DNA of 64,000 nt, taken from positions 205,269 to 269,268 of the forward strand of contig CAWKKR010000006.1 of the NCBI GenBank assembly GCA_963850305.1, given 5' to 3'. Position numbers and translations under genes: made by a program. The notes below the pieces were generated by a model. It was not told the DNA's origin, ran no database searches, and saw only the letters and a program-made list of their open reading frames with translations. Source of the stretch: an uncultured delta proteobacterium. GTDB lineage: Bacteria; Myxococcota_A; Polyangia; Polyangiales; Polyangiaceae. Below, piece by piece: positions 31,610 through 42,233 of the stretch. Position 1 is the first letter of the stretch. The number at the start of each line of letters is the position of its first letter.

Positions 31610-33373
31610 CTACTTGTCCTCACCCGACAGTGTGATCGGTACCCACAGGGTACGGACTTGCGTGAAATCCCCGCGACGGGTGTAGCCAGCGAGGCCGTAG
31701 AGGATGTTCCACCAGTGTCCGTTCGGTGTCTCGCCGTAGCTGAACACGGGGAAGAAGTGGACCTCCCAGTCGAGCCCGCGGGGGAGCTTTTTCTCGTGGT
31801 AATATGTGTTACCGACGAGTTCGGAGACGCTGGTCTCGTCGGCGAAGCGCCAGTAAAGAGGGAAGCCGACGGTCGCCCGCGAAGACGGGGACGCGAAGTC
31901 CCAGAAGATCGGCGCGACCACCGTGTGGGTCGCAGCGCCGTCACGCCCCATGTAGAGGAACGGATAAATGTTGGTCGACCAGCCGCTGAGATCGTTCGTG
32001 TGCTGGAAGAAGGGCGTGACCCAGGTGCTGTCGCTGATGCCGTATCGTTCGAAATGTCCCCAGAACGGGAAGAACATTTGATTGGATTCACGGGGGCTGG
32101 TCCGTGAATACAGAAACGGAAATAGAAGCTGCTCGTCGAGCCCGATGTCCGGGTCCCGGTAGTGCCAGTACAGCGGCGTGATCATATCGAGCTGCGTGCG
32201 ACCGCGGTGGCGCGCATACAGCCAGGTGATGAACGTCGAGTCTCCGGTTTCGCCCTTCTTGAGCAAAAAGAGCGGGGTGATGAGCAGACTCGAGTTCCCC
32301 GACCAGCCGTAGTGAAAGAACGGCAAGAGCGTCGTGTGCCGTTCGTGCTCGCCCCAGAGCGAATAATAAAAGGGGAACACGTGGAGCGCGTCGCGCGTCT
32401 CGGAGTGGTGCCGGTAATACGGTCCCCACACGTCGACCCACGACGAGTCCCGCGCGTCTTCACCGTGATAGTGAAGGAGCGGCGGGACCAAATCGTACGA
32501 GGTCGTCTCGGTCTGTCCGTGAAAGTAAAGCGGAACGAGGCCGAGGTCGATGTTCGTCGCGGTGCGCGTATCGCAGGTCTCGCCGCCCTTCCACGAACAG
32601 AAGCCCGGCCCGATGAGGTTGAACCCCCCATGCTCGTCGTGGTGCAGGTATGTGAGCAGCGGCGGGATGAGCGTGTAGCCCCCGTGCGGGCGGGTCCCGG
32701 TGAAGTAGAGCGGCGCCAACCAATCGTCGCTCTCGCCCGGAGCGCGCCGGTTGACGAAGGGGCCGACAATCGTCGTCCGACTCGCCTTGTCCGAGAGGTT
32801 CCAGAAGAGCGGGAACAGAATGTCGTCCGAGCGGGACGCGCTCCGGCGGTTGTAATAGAGCCCGCCGAAGAGCGACGCGCGGTCGGTCTTGGTCGGATCG
32901 TCGAGGCTCGGCTGCGTCCGTTCGAACCAGAGCGGGAACAGCGTCCGGAACCGATACTTGTTGCTCTCTTCATCGTACCAGAGCCCGTAGAAGTGCCGCG
33001 TCGCCGTCGGGCCGCGGCCGAGCTCGTGCTCGCCAGGCATCGAATCGGTGCCAATCTGGCTCGCGATGCTCTTCGGGATCTGGAGCGGCTTTGCCGGAAG
33101 AGTCGGCTCGTTTCCCGACGGAAGGACCTCGTCGGACGCGCCGGACGCGGCATGCGTCTCCGGCTCGTTCGGGTTCTTCTTCGGCTTTTTCTTGCCGCTC
33201 GACGGAGCTCCGCCGCCGAAACCGCTCTGACCAAAGCCGCCAGGGCCGCCCATGCCGCTGCCCATGCCGCCGCCCATGCCGCCGAAGCCTTGCGCGAACG
33301 CATCGGGGACTCCGAGGAACGCCAGGGCCGCGAGCGCTAGTAGCGCGGTGCTGAAAGACCGGACGAGGCTCAA
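31610..33373 (-). CDS. Exported protein with ~24 short aromatic hydrophobic-Pro repeats
   Basis: Signal peptide, Gly/Met linker, then repeated (L/F/I)xP(L/F)(Y/F/W) units; overlaps the hisS stop. Confidence 0.8.
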   Translation of the reverse strand: MSLVRSFSTALLALAALAFLGVPDAFAQGFGGMGGGMGSGMGGPGGFGQSGFGGGAPSSGKKKPKKNPNEPETHAASGASDEVLPSGNEPTLPAKPLQIPKSIASQIGTDSMPGEHELGRGPTATRHFYGLWYDEESNKYRFRTLFPLWFERTQPSLDDPTKTDRASLFGGLYYNRRSASRSDDILFPLFWNLSDKASRTTIVGPFVNRRAPGESDDWLAPLYFTGTRPHGGYTLIPPLLTYLHHDEHGGFNLIGPGFCSWKGGETCDTRTATNIDLGLVPLYFHGQTETTSYDLVPPLLHYHGEDARDSSWVDVWGPYYRHHSETRDALHVFPFYYSLWGEHERHTTLLPFFHYGWSGNSSLLITPLFLLKKGETGDSTFITWLYARHRGRTQLDMITPLYWHYRDPDIGLDEQLLFPFLYSRTSPRESNQMFFPFWGHFERYGISDSTWVTPFFQHTNDLSGWSTNIYPFLYMGRDGAATHTVVAPIFWDFASPSSRATVGFPLYWRFADETSVSELVGNTYYHEKKLPRGLDWEVHFFPVFSYGETPNGHWWNILYGLAGYTRRGDFTQVRTLWVPITLSGEDK

Positions 33374-34647
33374 CGGGGCTCCTCGTGGGAGATCGCTGCA
33401 AGCATCGCGGCGATCACATCCACGGCGGTGTCTCTTCGTTCCGCCGTTTCGCTATGAGACGCGAGGTCTTTGACCTTCACGATGCCCTGGTCGAGCTCGG
33501 AATCGCCGATGAGAATGCACAGGCGCGCATTCAGGCCGTTCGCGCGACGGAGCATGCTCTTCAGCGAGCCCGCGCGGCCGTCGAGGTCGACGCGCACCCC
33601 TCTCTCACGCAGCTCGCGCGCCAGTAGTAGCCCGGCCCCGATCGCGCGCTCGCCGATCGGCGCCACGAAGACCGACGGCTCGATCGAAATCGCGCGGTCG
33701 CCCATCGCGAGGAGAACGCGCTCGAGCCCGATCGCGAATCCGATGGCCGGCACGGACGGTCCTCCGAGGTCGCCGATCATGGCGTCGTAGCGCCCTCCGC
33801 CGCCGATGGCGTTCTGCGCGCCAAGACCGCCCGAGGCGCTCTGGATCTCGAACAGGGTGCGCGTGTAGTAGTCGAGTCCGCGTACGAGGCGCGGCTCGGC
33901 GCGATACGGCACCCCGAGCGCGTCCAGGTGGCTCCGGAGGTCGTCCCAGTGCTTCCGGTCGGCCGCGTCGAGCAGGTCCAGGATCGGCGGAGCGTCCCGG
34001 ACGAGCTCCTGGTCGCGCTCGTTCTTCGAGTCGAGGATCCGGAGCGCGTTGTCGGCGAGACGGCGGTGCGAGCTCTCGCTCAGCTCCGCGGCCCGCGGCG
34101 TCAGATGTGCCCGAAGCAGGTCTCGGTACTTCTCGCGGGTCCCCGCGGCGCCGAGCGAGTTCACGAGCACCTGCACGTCATCGATGCCGAGGCTTCGGAA
34201 GAAGCGGTACAGCATGTCGATCATCTCGGCGTCGGCCGCGGGGCCCGGGTCGCCGAAGATCTCGCAGCCCGCCTGATAGAACTGCCGGAAGCGCCCGCGC
34301 TGGGGCCGCTCTGCCCGGAACATCGGTCCGAGGTAGTACCAGCGAGACACGGGTTCCCGAGCCTGAACGGCGTGCTCGACGTAGGCCCGGGCGGCGCCAG
34401 CCGTCCCCTCGGGGCGCAACGTGAGCGAGTCCCCGTGGTGGTCCAGCGTGAACATTTCTTTTTGAACGATGTCCGTCGTTTCCCCCACGGAGCGGACGAA
34501 CAGCTCGGTCGGCTCGAGGAGCGGGGTGCGAATCTCGCCGTACCCGTGGCGTTCGACCGTCTCGCGAAAGGCCGTCTCGAGCGCACGCCAGCGCCGAACC
34601 TCGTCCGGGAGGATGTCGTTCATCCCCTTGGCGGCGCGGTACTGCAT
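33370..34647 (-). CDS. hisS: Histidine-tRNA ligase
   Basis: LRPEGTAG, FRAERPQRGRFRQF, LVRGLDYY and GGGRYD. Confidence 0.97.
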   Translation of the reverse strand: MQYRAAKGMNDILPDEVRRWRALETAFRETVERHGYGEIRTPLLEPTELFVRSVGETTDIVQKEMFTLDHHGDSLTLRPEGTAGAARAYVEHAVQAREPVSRWYYLGPMFRAERPQRGRFRQFYQAGCEIFGDPGPAADAEMIDMLYRFFRSLGIDDVQVLVNSLGAAGTREKYRDLLRAHLTPRAAELSESSHRRLADNALRILDSKNERDQELVRDAPPILDLLDAADRKHWDDLRSHLDALGVPYRAEPRLVRGLDYYTRTLFEIQSASGGLGAQNAIGGGGRYDAMIGDLGGPSVPAIGFAIGLERVLLAMGDRAISIEPSVFVAPIGERAIGAGLLLARELRERGVRVDLDGRAGSLKSMLRRANGLNARLCILIGDSELDQGIVKVKDLASHSETAERRDTAVDVIAAMLAAISHEEPR

Positions 34648-34837
34648 GGCTGTCGTCGGGGGCCGATTTCGAGGGTTTCCCTTGGGTCCCGAACGCGGCG
34701 AGCCGGAGCCTTATCCTAAAAGCGCTCGGTCGGGTCAAGGATCGCGCCCGCATTCGGAGAGGCCATCTCGAAGGGCCTCCACAAAGCCGGAAAATAGCGT
34801 GCTAGGTTCGGCGCGGAGCGAGTTCGCGGACGACACC

Positions 34838-35260
34838 ATGCGGGCCGCCGGCATCAATCTGGGCAAAGTACGTGTCGGACTCGCCATCGCGGACGAGCTC
34901 GGGCTCCTCGCGCACCCCCGGCCACATCTGGACGGGCGGAACCCCCGCGCTCTGCTCGAGACCCTGGCGCGCCTCGCCGAATCCGACGATATCGCCGTCT
35001 TCGTCGTGGGGCTGCCCCGCGCGCTGTCCGGTACCGAGGGCGCGCCCGCTCGCCGCGCGCGACGCTTCGCCGACCAGCTCGCGGCGCGCACCGGGCGGCG
35101 CGTCGAGCTCGTCGAGGAATGGCTCACGACGCGCGAGGCGCGCGGCCGCCTCCGCGATCAGGGGCTAAGAGAACGTGAGCTGCGCGGGAAAGTCGACAGC
35201 GCCGCCGCGGCGGTCCTCCTCCAATCGTGGCTCGACGGTCAGGCGAGGCCCGACGCTTGA
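34838..35260 (+). CDS. ruvX: YqgF/RuvX pre-16S rRNA nuclease
   Basis: G..RVGLA.AD, VVGLP, EWLTT and VDSAAAAVLLQSWLD. Confidence 0.88.
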   Translation: MRAAGINLGKVRVGLAIADELGLLAHPRPHLDGRNPRALLETLARLAESDDIAVFVVGLPRALSGTEGAPARRARRFADQLAARTGRRVELVEEWLTTREARGRLRDQGLRERELRGKVDSAAAAVLLQSWLDGQARPDA

Positions 35261-36402
35261 CCGCAAAGAAGCGCCGCCGCCCGCGCTCGGGGAGAGCGAC
35301 ACGACGGAAGAAGCCCGAGCCGGACTCCGCCGCTCCTGCACCCGGCAAGTCGAGGCGGTACGCGCTGGGCGCGCTCGCCGCCGGACTCGCCGCGCTGGTC
35401 GCCTACGGAACCGCCGCGACGCTGGGATGGCTCACGGTTCCCCGTCCGGGCACGGGTCGGAGGGTCGAGATTCTCTGGCCCGGGAACCATGAAGAGGGAG
35501 TGGGCACTCTCGTGGCCGCGGGGCTCGTCGATCGACAGAGGCTGTTTCGCGCGCTCCTCGGCGTGGTCTCCCCCTTCGTCAGCCCGGTTCCCGGCCCGCA
35601 CTTGCTCGCCGACGACCTGACGCCGTGGGAACTGATACGGCGTCTCGCGCGCTCGTCGTCGCGTGCGCACGCGAAGGTCGTGATCCCGGAGGGGTTCAAT
35701 CGGTTCCAGGTCTCCGCGCGTCTCGAAGAATCAGGCGTCTGTTCCCGGCGCTCCTTCGACGCGGCGGTCACGGATCCGAAAATCCTCGGCACGCTCGGTC
35801 TTTCGGGAGACTCCGCGGAAGGCTACCTGTTCCCCGCGACATACGATCTGCTGGCCGACACGCCGGGCACGGCCGTCCTGAGCGAGCTGGTGAACGAGAC
35901 GAAGAAGCGGGTCGGAGCGCTCCGCGCCGACCACGCGGTCGACTTCGCGCGCCTGGCAACGAAATATGGCTGGACCGAACGTCAGGTCCTGACGCTGGCG
36001 TCCATCGTGGAAAGAGAAGCCGCGCGCGCGGAAGAGCAGCCACTCATTGCGAGCGTGTTCTTCAACCGGCTAGACGATCCGAGCTTCCGTCCTCTGAAGA
36101 CGCTCCAATCCGATCCGACTGCCGGTTACGGCTGTCTGATTCTGCCCACGTTGGCGTCGTGCGCCGGCTACTCGGGCCACGTGACGCCGGCGATGGTGCG
36201 CGACGCCGCGAACCCGTACAACACCTACAAACACCCCGGGCTGCCCCCGGGGCCTATTTCCAACCCCGGCCTGTCGGCAATCGAGTCCGTCCTCGCGCCG
36301 GCGACGACGAATTACTTGTTTTTCGTGCGCTCGGGCCAGGGGCGTCACGCCTTCAGCCAGACCTTCGAAGCTCACGAAACCGCGATCGGTCGAGCCCGGT
36401 AG
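35257..36402 (+). CDS. mltG: Endolytic transglycosylase MltG
   Basis: IPEG, EGYLFPATY, LASIVERE, LQSDPT and NPYNTY..GLPPGPISNPG. Confidence 0.93.
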   Translation: MTAKKRRRPRSGRATRRKKPEPDSAAPAPGKSRRYALGALAAGLAALVAYGTAATLGWLTVPRPGTGRRVEILWPGNHEEGVGTLVAAGLVDRQRLFRALLGVVSPFVSPVPGPHLLADDLTPWELIRRLARSSSRAHAKVVIPEGFNRFQVSARLEESGVCSRRSFDAAVTDPKILGTLGLSGDSAEGYLFPATYDLLADTPGTAVLSELVNETKKRVGALRADHAVDFARLATKYGWTERQVLTLASIVEREAARAEEQPLIASVFFNRLDDPSFRPLKTLQSDPTAGYGCLILPTLASCAGYSGHVTPAMVRDAANPYNTYKHPGLPPGPISNPGLSAIESVLAPATTNYLFFVRSGQGRHAFSQTFEAHETAIGRAR

Positions 36403-36457
36403 CGGCGCGAAACCGCGGCGGTTGCCGCATCGACACCGGTGGCTTAGTAGCGAGTCC

Positions 36458-38422
36458 ATGAGCGACTTCGACCAGGCTGTGCGCACCGTCCAGTTCCTCT
36501 CCGTCGACGGCGTGGAAAAAGCCAACAGTGGGCACCCCGGAACGCCGATGGCTCTCGCAGGCATCGCGGTGGAGCTCTTCACGCAGCAACTCCGTTACAA
36601 CCCCGCGGACCCGGCGTGGCCGAACCGAGATCGGTTCGTGCTCTCGTGCGGCCATGCGTCGATGCTCCTCTATTCGACGCTTCATCTCGCGGGCTACGAC
36701 GTCACTCTGGACGACCTGAAGCAGTTCCGCCAGTGGGGATCGAGGACCGCGGGGCATCCCGAGCACGGTCACCTGCCCGGCATCGAGACGACCACCGGTC
36801 CGCTCGGGCAGGGCATCGGCAACGCAATCGGCATGGCGATCGCGGGCAAGATGCTCGCCGCCCGCTTCAACACTCCCGACACCACGCTCTTCGACTACCG
36901 CGTGTTCGTCCTCGCGTCGGATGGCGACATCATGGAGGGCGTTTCGGCGGAAGCCGCGAGCATCGCGGGGCACCTCGGGCTCGACAACCTCATCCTCATC
37001 TATGACGACAATCGCATCACCATCGACGGCGCGACGTCGCTGTCGTTCAGCGAAGACGTGGCCAAGCGCTACGAGGCGTACGGTTTTGCGACGGAAAAGG
37101 TCAACGGGCACGACCCTGCGGCGGTCCACGCGGCGGTCGAGAAAGCGAAGTCCACCAAGGGAAAGCCGACGTTGATCGTGGCCCGTACGCACATCGGCAT
37201 CGGCGCACCCACGAAACAGGACACGTCGAGCGCCCACGGCGAGCCCCTCGGCGCGGCCGAGCTCGCCGCGACGAAGAAGGCTGCGGGCTGGCCGCTCGAG
37301 CCCACGTTTTACATCCCGGAAGCCGCGCGCGCGCCGTTCAAGCAACACACCGATGCGATGAAGCCGATCTACGGCGCCTGGCAGAAGCTCGAAGCCGGGC
37401 TCACCGGAGAGCGCGCTGCGCTGTGGAAGAAGTTCAAGACGCGAGAAGTGCCCGCGGACATCCTCGAGCAGCTCGTGAAGGCGACGGCGCCTGCCGTGAA
37501 AGCTACGCGCGTCCTCGCGAGCACGGCCGAGCAAAAGGCAGCGTCGCTGATCCCGACCTTGATCGGCGGAGCGGCGGACCTCGCGCGTTCGACGAACACG
37601 AACATCAAGGACGGCGGGGACGTCGAACGAGACCAATTTGCGGGCCGCAACCTCCATTTCGGCATCCGCGAGCACGGCATGGGCGCAATCCTCAACGGGC
37701 TCGCGCTGTCGGGGTTCGTTCCGTTCGGGTCCACGTTCCTGATCTTCAGCGACTACGTGCGACCGTCCATTCGACTCGCGGCGCTGATGGGGCTCCAGCT
37801 CGTCTACGCCTTCACCCACGATTCGATCTTCCTCGGCGAGGACGGGCCCACGCATCAGCCCATCGAACAGCTCTGGTCGCTGCGGCTCATTCCGAACGTT
37901 CACGTGTTCCGACCCGCCGACGCGATGGAATCGGCGGCGGCGTGGGCGTACGCGCTGGAGCGCCGCGACGGCCCGACCCTGCTTGCCCTGTCGCGCCAGA
38001 ATCTGCCGATCCTCGAGCGCCCTGCCGGCTTCGACCCGAAGCGAATCTACGACGGCGCGTACATCCTCTCGGACGCGCAGAATCCGGATCTGGTGCTGAT
38101 CGCGACCGGCAGCGAGGTTGGCCTCGCACTCGAGACCAAGAAGCTGCTCGAAGCAAAGGGGCGACGCACCCGAGTCGTCTCGGCGCCGTGCCTCGAAGCC
38201 TTCGAGCGGCTGTCGCCCACGGCGCGAGAAGCCGTGCTGGGTCGTGGCATTCGTCGTGTCTCGATCGAAGCTGGGCGCACTCGCGCCTGGCACGAAATCA
38301 TCGGTGAGGGAGGTCTGTGTATCGGCCTCGACCGATTCGGCGCGAGTGCACCGGCAGGCGCCCTCGCGGAGCACCTGGGATTGACGGCCGCAACGGTCGC
38401 GGCGAAAATCCTCGGCGAGTGA
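36458..38422 (+). CDS. tkt: Transketolase
   Basis: SGHPG, RDRFVLSCGH, TTGPLGQG, FGIREHGM and GEDGPTHQP. Confidence 0.97.
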   Translation: MSDFDQAVRTVQFLSVDGVEKANSGHPGTPMALAGIAVELFTQQLRYNPADPAWPNRDRFVLSCGHASMLLYSTLHLAGYDVTLDDLKQFRQWGSRTAGHPEHGHLPGIETTTGPLGQGIGNAIGMAIAGKMLAARFNTPDTTLFDYRVFVLASDGDIMEGVSAEAASIAGHLGLDNLILIYDDNRITIDGATSLSFSEDVAKRYEAYGFATEKVNGHDPAAVHAAVEKAKSTKGKPTLIVARTHIGIGAPTKQDTSSAHGEPLGAAELAATKKAAGWPLEPTFYIPEAARAPFKQHTDAMKPIYGAWQKLEAGLTGERAALWKKFKTREVPADILEQLVKATAPAVKATRVLASTAEQKAASLIPTLIGGAADLARSTNTNIKDGGDVERDQFAGRNLHFGIREHGMGAILNGLALSGFVPFGSTFLIFSDYVRPSIRLAALMGLQLVYAFTHDSIFLGEDGPTHQPIEQLWSLRLIPNVHVFRPADAMESAAAWAYALERRDGPTLLALSRQNLPILERPAGFDPKRIYDGAYILSDAQNPDLVLIATGSEVGLALETKKLLEAKGRRTRVVSAPCLEAFERLSPTAREAVLGRGIRRVSIEAGRTRAWHEIIGEGGLCIGLDRFGASAPAGALAEHLGLTAATVAAKILGE

Positions 38423-38772
38423 AGTCACCCCTCGGGAACTTGCCCGTCGTTCTCGTGCCGCATCCTCACGTGCGGGTGGACGGGCACGTGCTCGGCGGCA
38501 GTCCGTACGTCACGGGAACGCGCGTACCGGTCCGCCGGCTCTGGGCATTTTATCGGAATGGTGCGCGAGTGGAGACGCTCATCAAGCGCTATCCCCAGCT
38601 CGGCGCGGCGAAGATTTTCGATGCGCTCGCGTTCGCCTGGGACAATCAGCAGGTGATCGAGATGGATCTGGCGCGCGAGGCGGCGCTGCTCGGCCGGGAC
38701 GGTCCCGCGGTGGCGAGCAAGTCTGGCTCCCAGATGGACCTGCCGTTCTCTCTCCCGAAAAAGATCGGTTGA
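38419..38772 (+). CDS. DUF433 domain protein
   Basis: VLGGSPYVTGTRVPV and YPQL...IFDALAF; GTGA coupling to tkt. Confidence 0.82.
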   Translation: MKSPLGNLPVVLVPHPHVRVDGHVLGGSPYVTGTRVPVRRLWAFYRNGARVETLIKRYPQLGAAKIFDALAFAWDNQQVIEMDLAREAALLGRDGPAVASKSGSQMDLPFSLPKKIG

Positions 38773-38872
38773 GACCCGCTTTCTCCGCACTTGCGTCTCG
38801 CAGGTGCCCGACAAGCCCCCATCGACCGGCGAGCCCCGTGGGCACGAACCGAGTCGATAGGAGGCTCGGCTC

Positions 38873-39070
38873 ATGACGTGCAACGTCGAACATCGTCCAT
38901 CCCTCATCTCCGACGAACGGGGACTGTCCACTGTCGAATACGTGATCCTGCTCTGCCTGATCGGCGTGGCTTCACTCGGTATCTGGAGCAGCGTCGGCTC
39001 GGACATCAAGACTCGTCTGAGCGCGGCAGAAGGGGTCTTCTCGGCGACGGTTCCAGTCCCCACGCCCTGA
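38873..39070 (+). CDS. flp: Flp/Fap type IVc major pilin
   Basis: DERG-LSTVEY Flp motif followed by a hydrophobic helix; AGGAGG RBS. Confidence 0.9.
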   Translation: MTCNVEHRPSLISDERGLSTVEYVILLCLIGVASLGIWSSVGSDIKTRLSAAEGVFSATVPVPTP

Positions 39071-39615
39071 TGACATCGATGGCGCTCGCAACACTCGCCG
39101 CGGGAGTCGGGATCGTCTCCGCAGTCACGGACGCCAGGACTGGCCGCATTCCCGATGCCGTCACCGTGCCAGCCGCCCTCGCGGGTCTCGCGCTACGGGC
39201 CTGCGAGGGCAGTGGCCATGTACCCGACGGAGTCGCTGGCTTCATCATGGTCGCCACGCCGCCCTGGCTTCTCTATCGTACGACGAAGGGACGCGGCATC
39301 GGGGGGGGTGACGTGAAACTGTTCGCGGCGCTGGGAGCCATCGTGGGCGTTGCTCGCGGTCTCGAAATGGAGGTCTCGGCGGTGCTGCTGCTCGGTGTGT
39401 TCGCTCTGGTGCGGCTCGCCTTCGTCGGGCGTCTCTGGCAAGTCACGAAGAGCGCGGCTCGATTAGCAGCGAACCCGTTCTTGCCCGCGCGTCTTCGCAT
39501 CGAAGTAACGCCAGAAGCGCTGACGGAGATGCGCATGGGGCCGGCGATTGCCGTTGCTGTCGTCACGACACTCGTCATGGAGCGTGCAGCAGCGTGGGTG
39601 CAGTGGCTCGTCTGA
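39070..39615 (+). CDS. cpaA: A24 prepilin peptidase (TadV/CpaA)
   Basis: TDARTGRIPD and GGGDVKL; membrane helices. Confidence 0.88.
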   Translation: MTSMALATLAAGVGIVSAVTDARTGRIPDAVTVPAALAGLALRACEGSGHVPDGVAGFIMVATPPWLLYRTTKGRGIGGGDVKLFAALGAIVGVARGLEMEVSAVLLLGVFALVRLAFVGRLWQVTKSAARLAANPFLPARLRIEVTPEALTEMRMGPAIAVAVVTTLVMERAAAWVQWLV

Positions 39616-40433
39616 CGCGCCGAGTTGCCTTCGCTCGGGACGCCCGGGGCGTCGTGTACGTCGAGTTCCTGATCGCGTTTCCACCGCTGTTCTGCCTATT
39701 TCTCGGCATATGCCAGCTCTCGCTCGTGACAATGGCGCGCCTGATCGTGCGGCACGCCGCATATTCCGCGGCCCGCTCCGCGATCGTCGTGCTGGACGAG
39801 GCGCCCGCGGGTTATGACGGCGCGCCCCGGGGCTCCTTGTCGAAAGGGAGCGGCAGTACAGACGAAATGGTGGGGCGTCTCTTTGCGGACGTCATGGACG
39901 ACGCCTCCTCGGTCCTCGGCAAAGTCGCGTCCGCAACGGTTGGGAGCGGCGTGGAATCCACCGCGCCGCAGGCCGGGGCGCGAATGGCTCCCATCCGCAC
40001 CGCGGCGTACGCGCCGCTCCTCGTCCTGGCGCCGAGTCGGCGTCTCGTCTCGAAGAACGCCGAGGGCTCCCTGCTCGACAGCCTTGGCGGCGGACTCGCT
40101 CAACTTGCATTCGGCCTGGACTACACGCGCGCCGCCTCCGCCGTGACGATTCAGGCCGGGCCGGGAAGCGACACTCTCGTAACGGAGCCCGTCGGTCGCG
40201 CGGATGCCGTCACCGTCCGCGTCACGTACCTGTTCGCATGCACGGTGCCGCTCGTCCGCACTCTCCTGTGCCCGTCCGTGCTCGCGTCTTCATCGAGCGC
40301 GGGCGCCGCGACATCCTCCGCCGCACTGAAGTACGCGGAATCGAACGACCTGGCTCAACTGGTAGACCCGTCGACCCGATTCGTCGCCATCACAGCCGAG
40401 GCCACGTTGCCGAATCAAGGGGCAGGTTATTGA
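39594..40433 (+). CDS. TadE-like minor pilin
   Basis: DARGVVYVEFLIAFPP...HAAYSAAR. Confidence 0.82.
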   Translation: MGAVARLTRRVAFARDARGVVYVEFLIAFPPLFCLFLGICQLSLVTMARLIVRHAAYSAARSAIVVLDEAPAGYDGAPRGSLSKGSGSTDEMVGRLFADVMDDASSVLGKVASATVGSGVESTAPQAGARMAPIRTAAYAPLLVLAPSRRLVSKNAEGSLLDSLGGGLAQLAFGLDYTRAASAVTIQAGPGSDTLVTEPVGRADAVTVRVTYLFACTVPLVRTLLCPSVLASSSSAGAATSSAALKYAESNDLAQLVDPSTRFVAITAEATLPNQGAGY

Positions 40434-42224
40434 ACGAGGGAGAATTCAGCACGGTCGCGCCCGTTCGAGCCGACGACCGCGGCGCGATCATGGTCATGGC
40501 GTTGCTGTTCGCCGTCTTCACGCTTTCGCTGGTGTACGCGGTGCTCGGTATCGCCGCCGCCATCCAGTTTCGCGAACGGATGCAGGACGCCGCGGACGCG
40601 ACGGCCCTGTCCGGCGCCATCGCCGAGGCGCGCACCATGAACTTTCTGGTGCTTCTCAACATCGTGATGGCCGCTCTGCTCGCGATCCTGGTCACGATCA
40701 AGTTGCTGGAAGGGCTCGCCATCGTCGGTATGGCCGTGGCGAGCGCGATTGCGTGGTTCACGGCCGGAGCGTCGCTCGTCGCGATCCCGCCCCTGAACGC
40801 GATCAAGACTCGAAATGGAGTCGCTCTACGACGCCACGCGGCCGCCCGTGTACACCGCGCTCGAAGCCCTTCATACCGTCGCCGACACGGTGACCGACGT
40901 TGGCCCGCTGACAGCGGCGGCAGTGGCGGAAGATCACGTCGTTTCGTTCGAATCGGCGCCGGTCAAGCTCGGGGTTGCCGTTCCATCGACCACGTCGCTC
41001 CCCGTCTCGGACGACACGTTCCCGGAACTCTGCGGCAAGGCCGGCGCCATGCCCATCGGGATCGCCATGGGCGTCCTCGAACCGCTCGGGCTTGGTGCCG
41101 TCCTCGGGCCCCTCAAGGGCGCGATGAGCGACCTTACTTCGTCGCTGTCGGCTTGGTTCTGCGGAAACGGCGTACCGGCCCCGAGCTACCAGTATTCGAC
41201 GGACCCAGTGTACCCCAAGATGGGAACCGGCTGCGATCCCGTTCCGCAGAACGCATCGAGTTCGACTGCGCCACCAACGACGTCCGCGTGCGACGAGAGC
41301 CAGACGATCGAACAGCAGTCCGAGCCGGACCCCACCACTGGCAACTGCAAGCCCGGGGCGGATTGCTCTCTCACGGGCCCGTACGAGCAGCGCATTGCGG
41401 CGGCGCGGGTCGACTGCGATCCAACATCGTCGCCAGCGCCAACGGATTATTGGTACCAGGAACGTTCGGGCGTCGTGACGTACACACGAACGACTGCTGG
41501 GTGGGTGCGGGGCCCGCCGCAGTACGAGGCCCCTTCGGAACTGGAATCGGAGGCTCCGCCGTGCGGCCCAGCCTCGGTGCATCCCAGTGTCGCCACCACA
41601 TACAACGTGGTCGTGCGTCGAACTAACGACGTCAACGACGTGCTGCCGGTTTGCTCCGACGAACAAGCCCCGGCATCGGACTACGTTCGTGATGGCACCG
41701 AGGCGCAAGTCCGGTTCACCGAGGTATCGCAGATCCTTGCATGCAAGAAGCACCAGGTCGCAACCGTGAACGTCGCGATCGGCTCGAAGAACGGCGCGTT
41801 CGGAGGCGGCAAGAGTGAAGAAGCATCGCGCGTCCCCAAGAAGGTCGACAAGGGCGTATCGCTCGGCGACGAGCAGTTTCAGGTGCGCGCATTCGCGCAT
41901 GGCGACGTATCGGCGCTGGATCCGGCCGACGTAGTCGCGCGCCTGTCTTCCTGGGGTCGCGTCGGCAAAGATGGAACTCTGTCGAGGACGCGAGACCTCG
42001 GCGGCAACGCAGTCGCCGAGGCCGAATACTTCTACGACGGCGCCGACGGGCGAGACGCGTGGATGTGGAACATGAAGTGGCGTGCGCGTCTCGTGCGGTT
42101 CCAGTTACCGATCGGAGCCGGCACGGACGCCCTGACCAAGGCGTGCGCCTCGGTTCTTGGCAAGGACGTTTGTCGAGATTTGGTAGCGGTCGCGTCGTCG
42201 GTCGCCGATGTCAGCGTCCACTGA
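40430..42224 (+). CDS. TadG-like large Cys-rich minor pilin, +1 frameshift at ~40809
   Basis: DDRGAIMV..ERMQDAADATALSGA N-terminus; continues in the 40815..42224 frame ending AEAEYFY..WNMKWRARL. Confidence 0.78.
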
Positions 42225-42233
42225 GGAGCCATC

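Noticed and set aside
33235..33290. Tandem CCCATGCCGCCG-like 12-mers
   Set aside because: They encode the GMGG low-complexity linker; not CRISPR or regulatory
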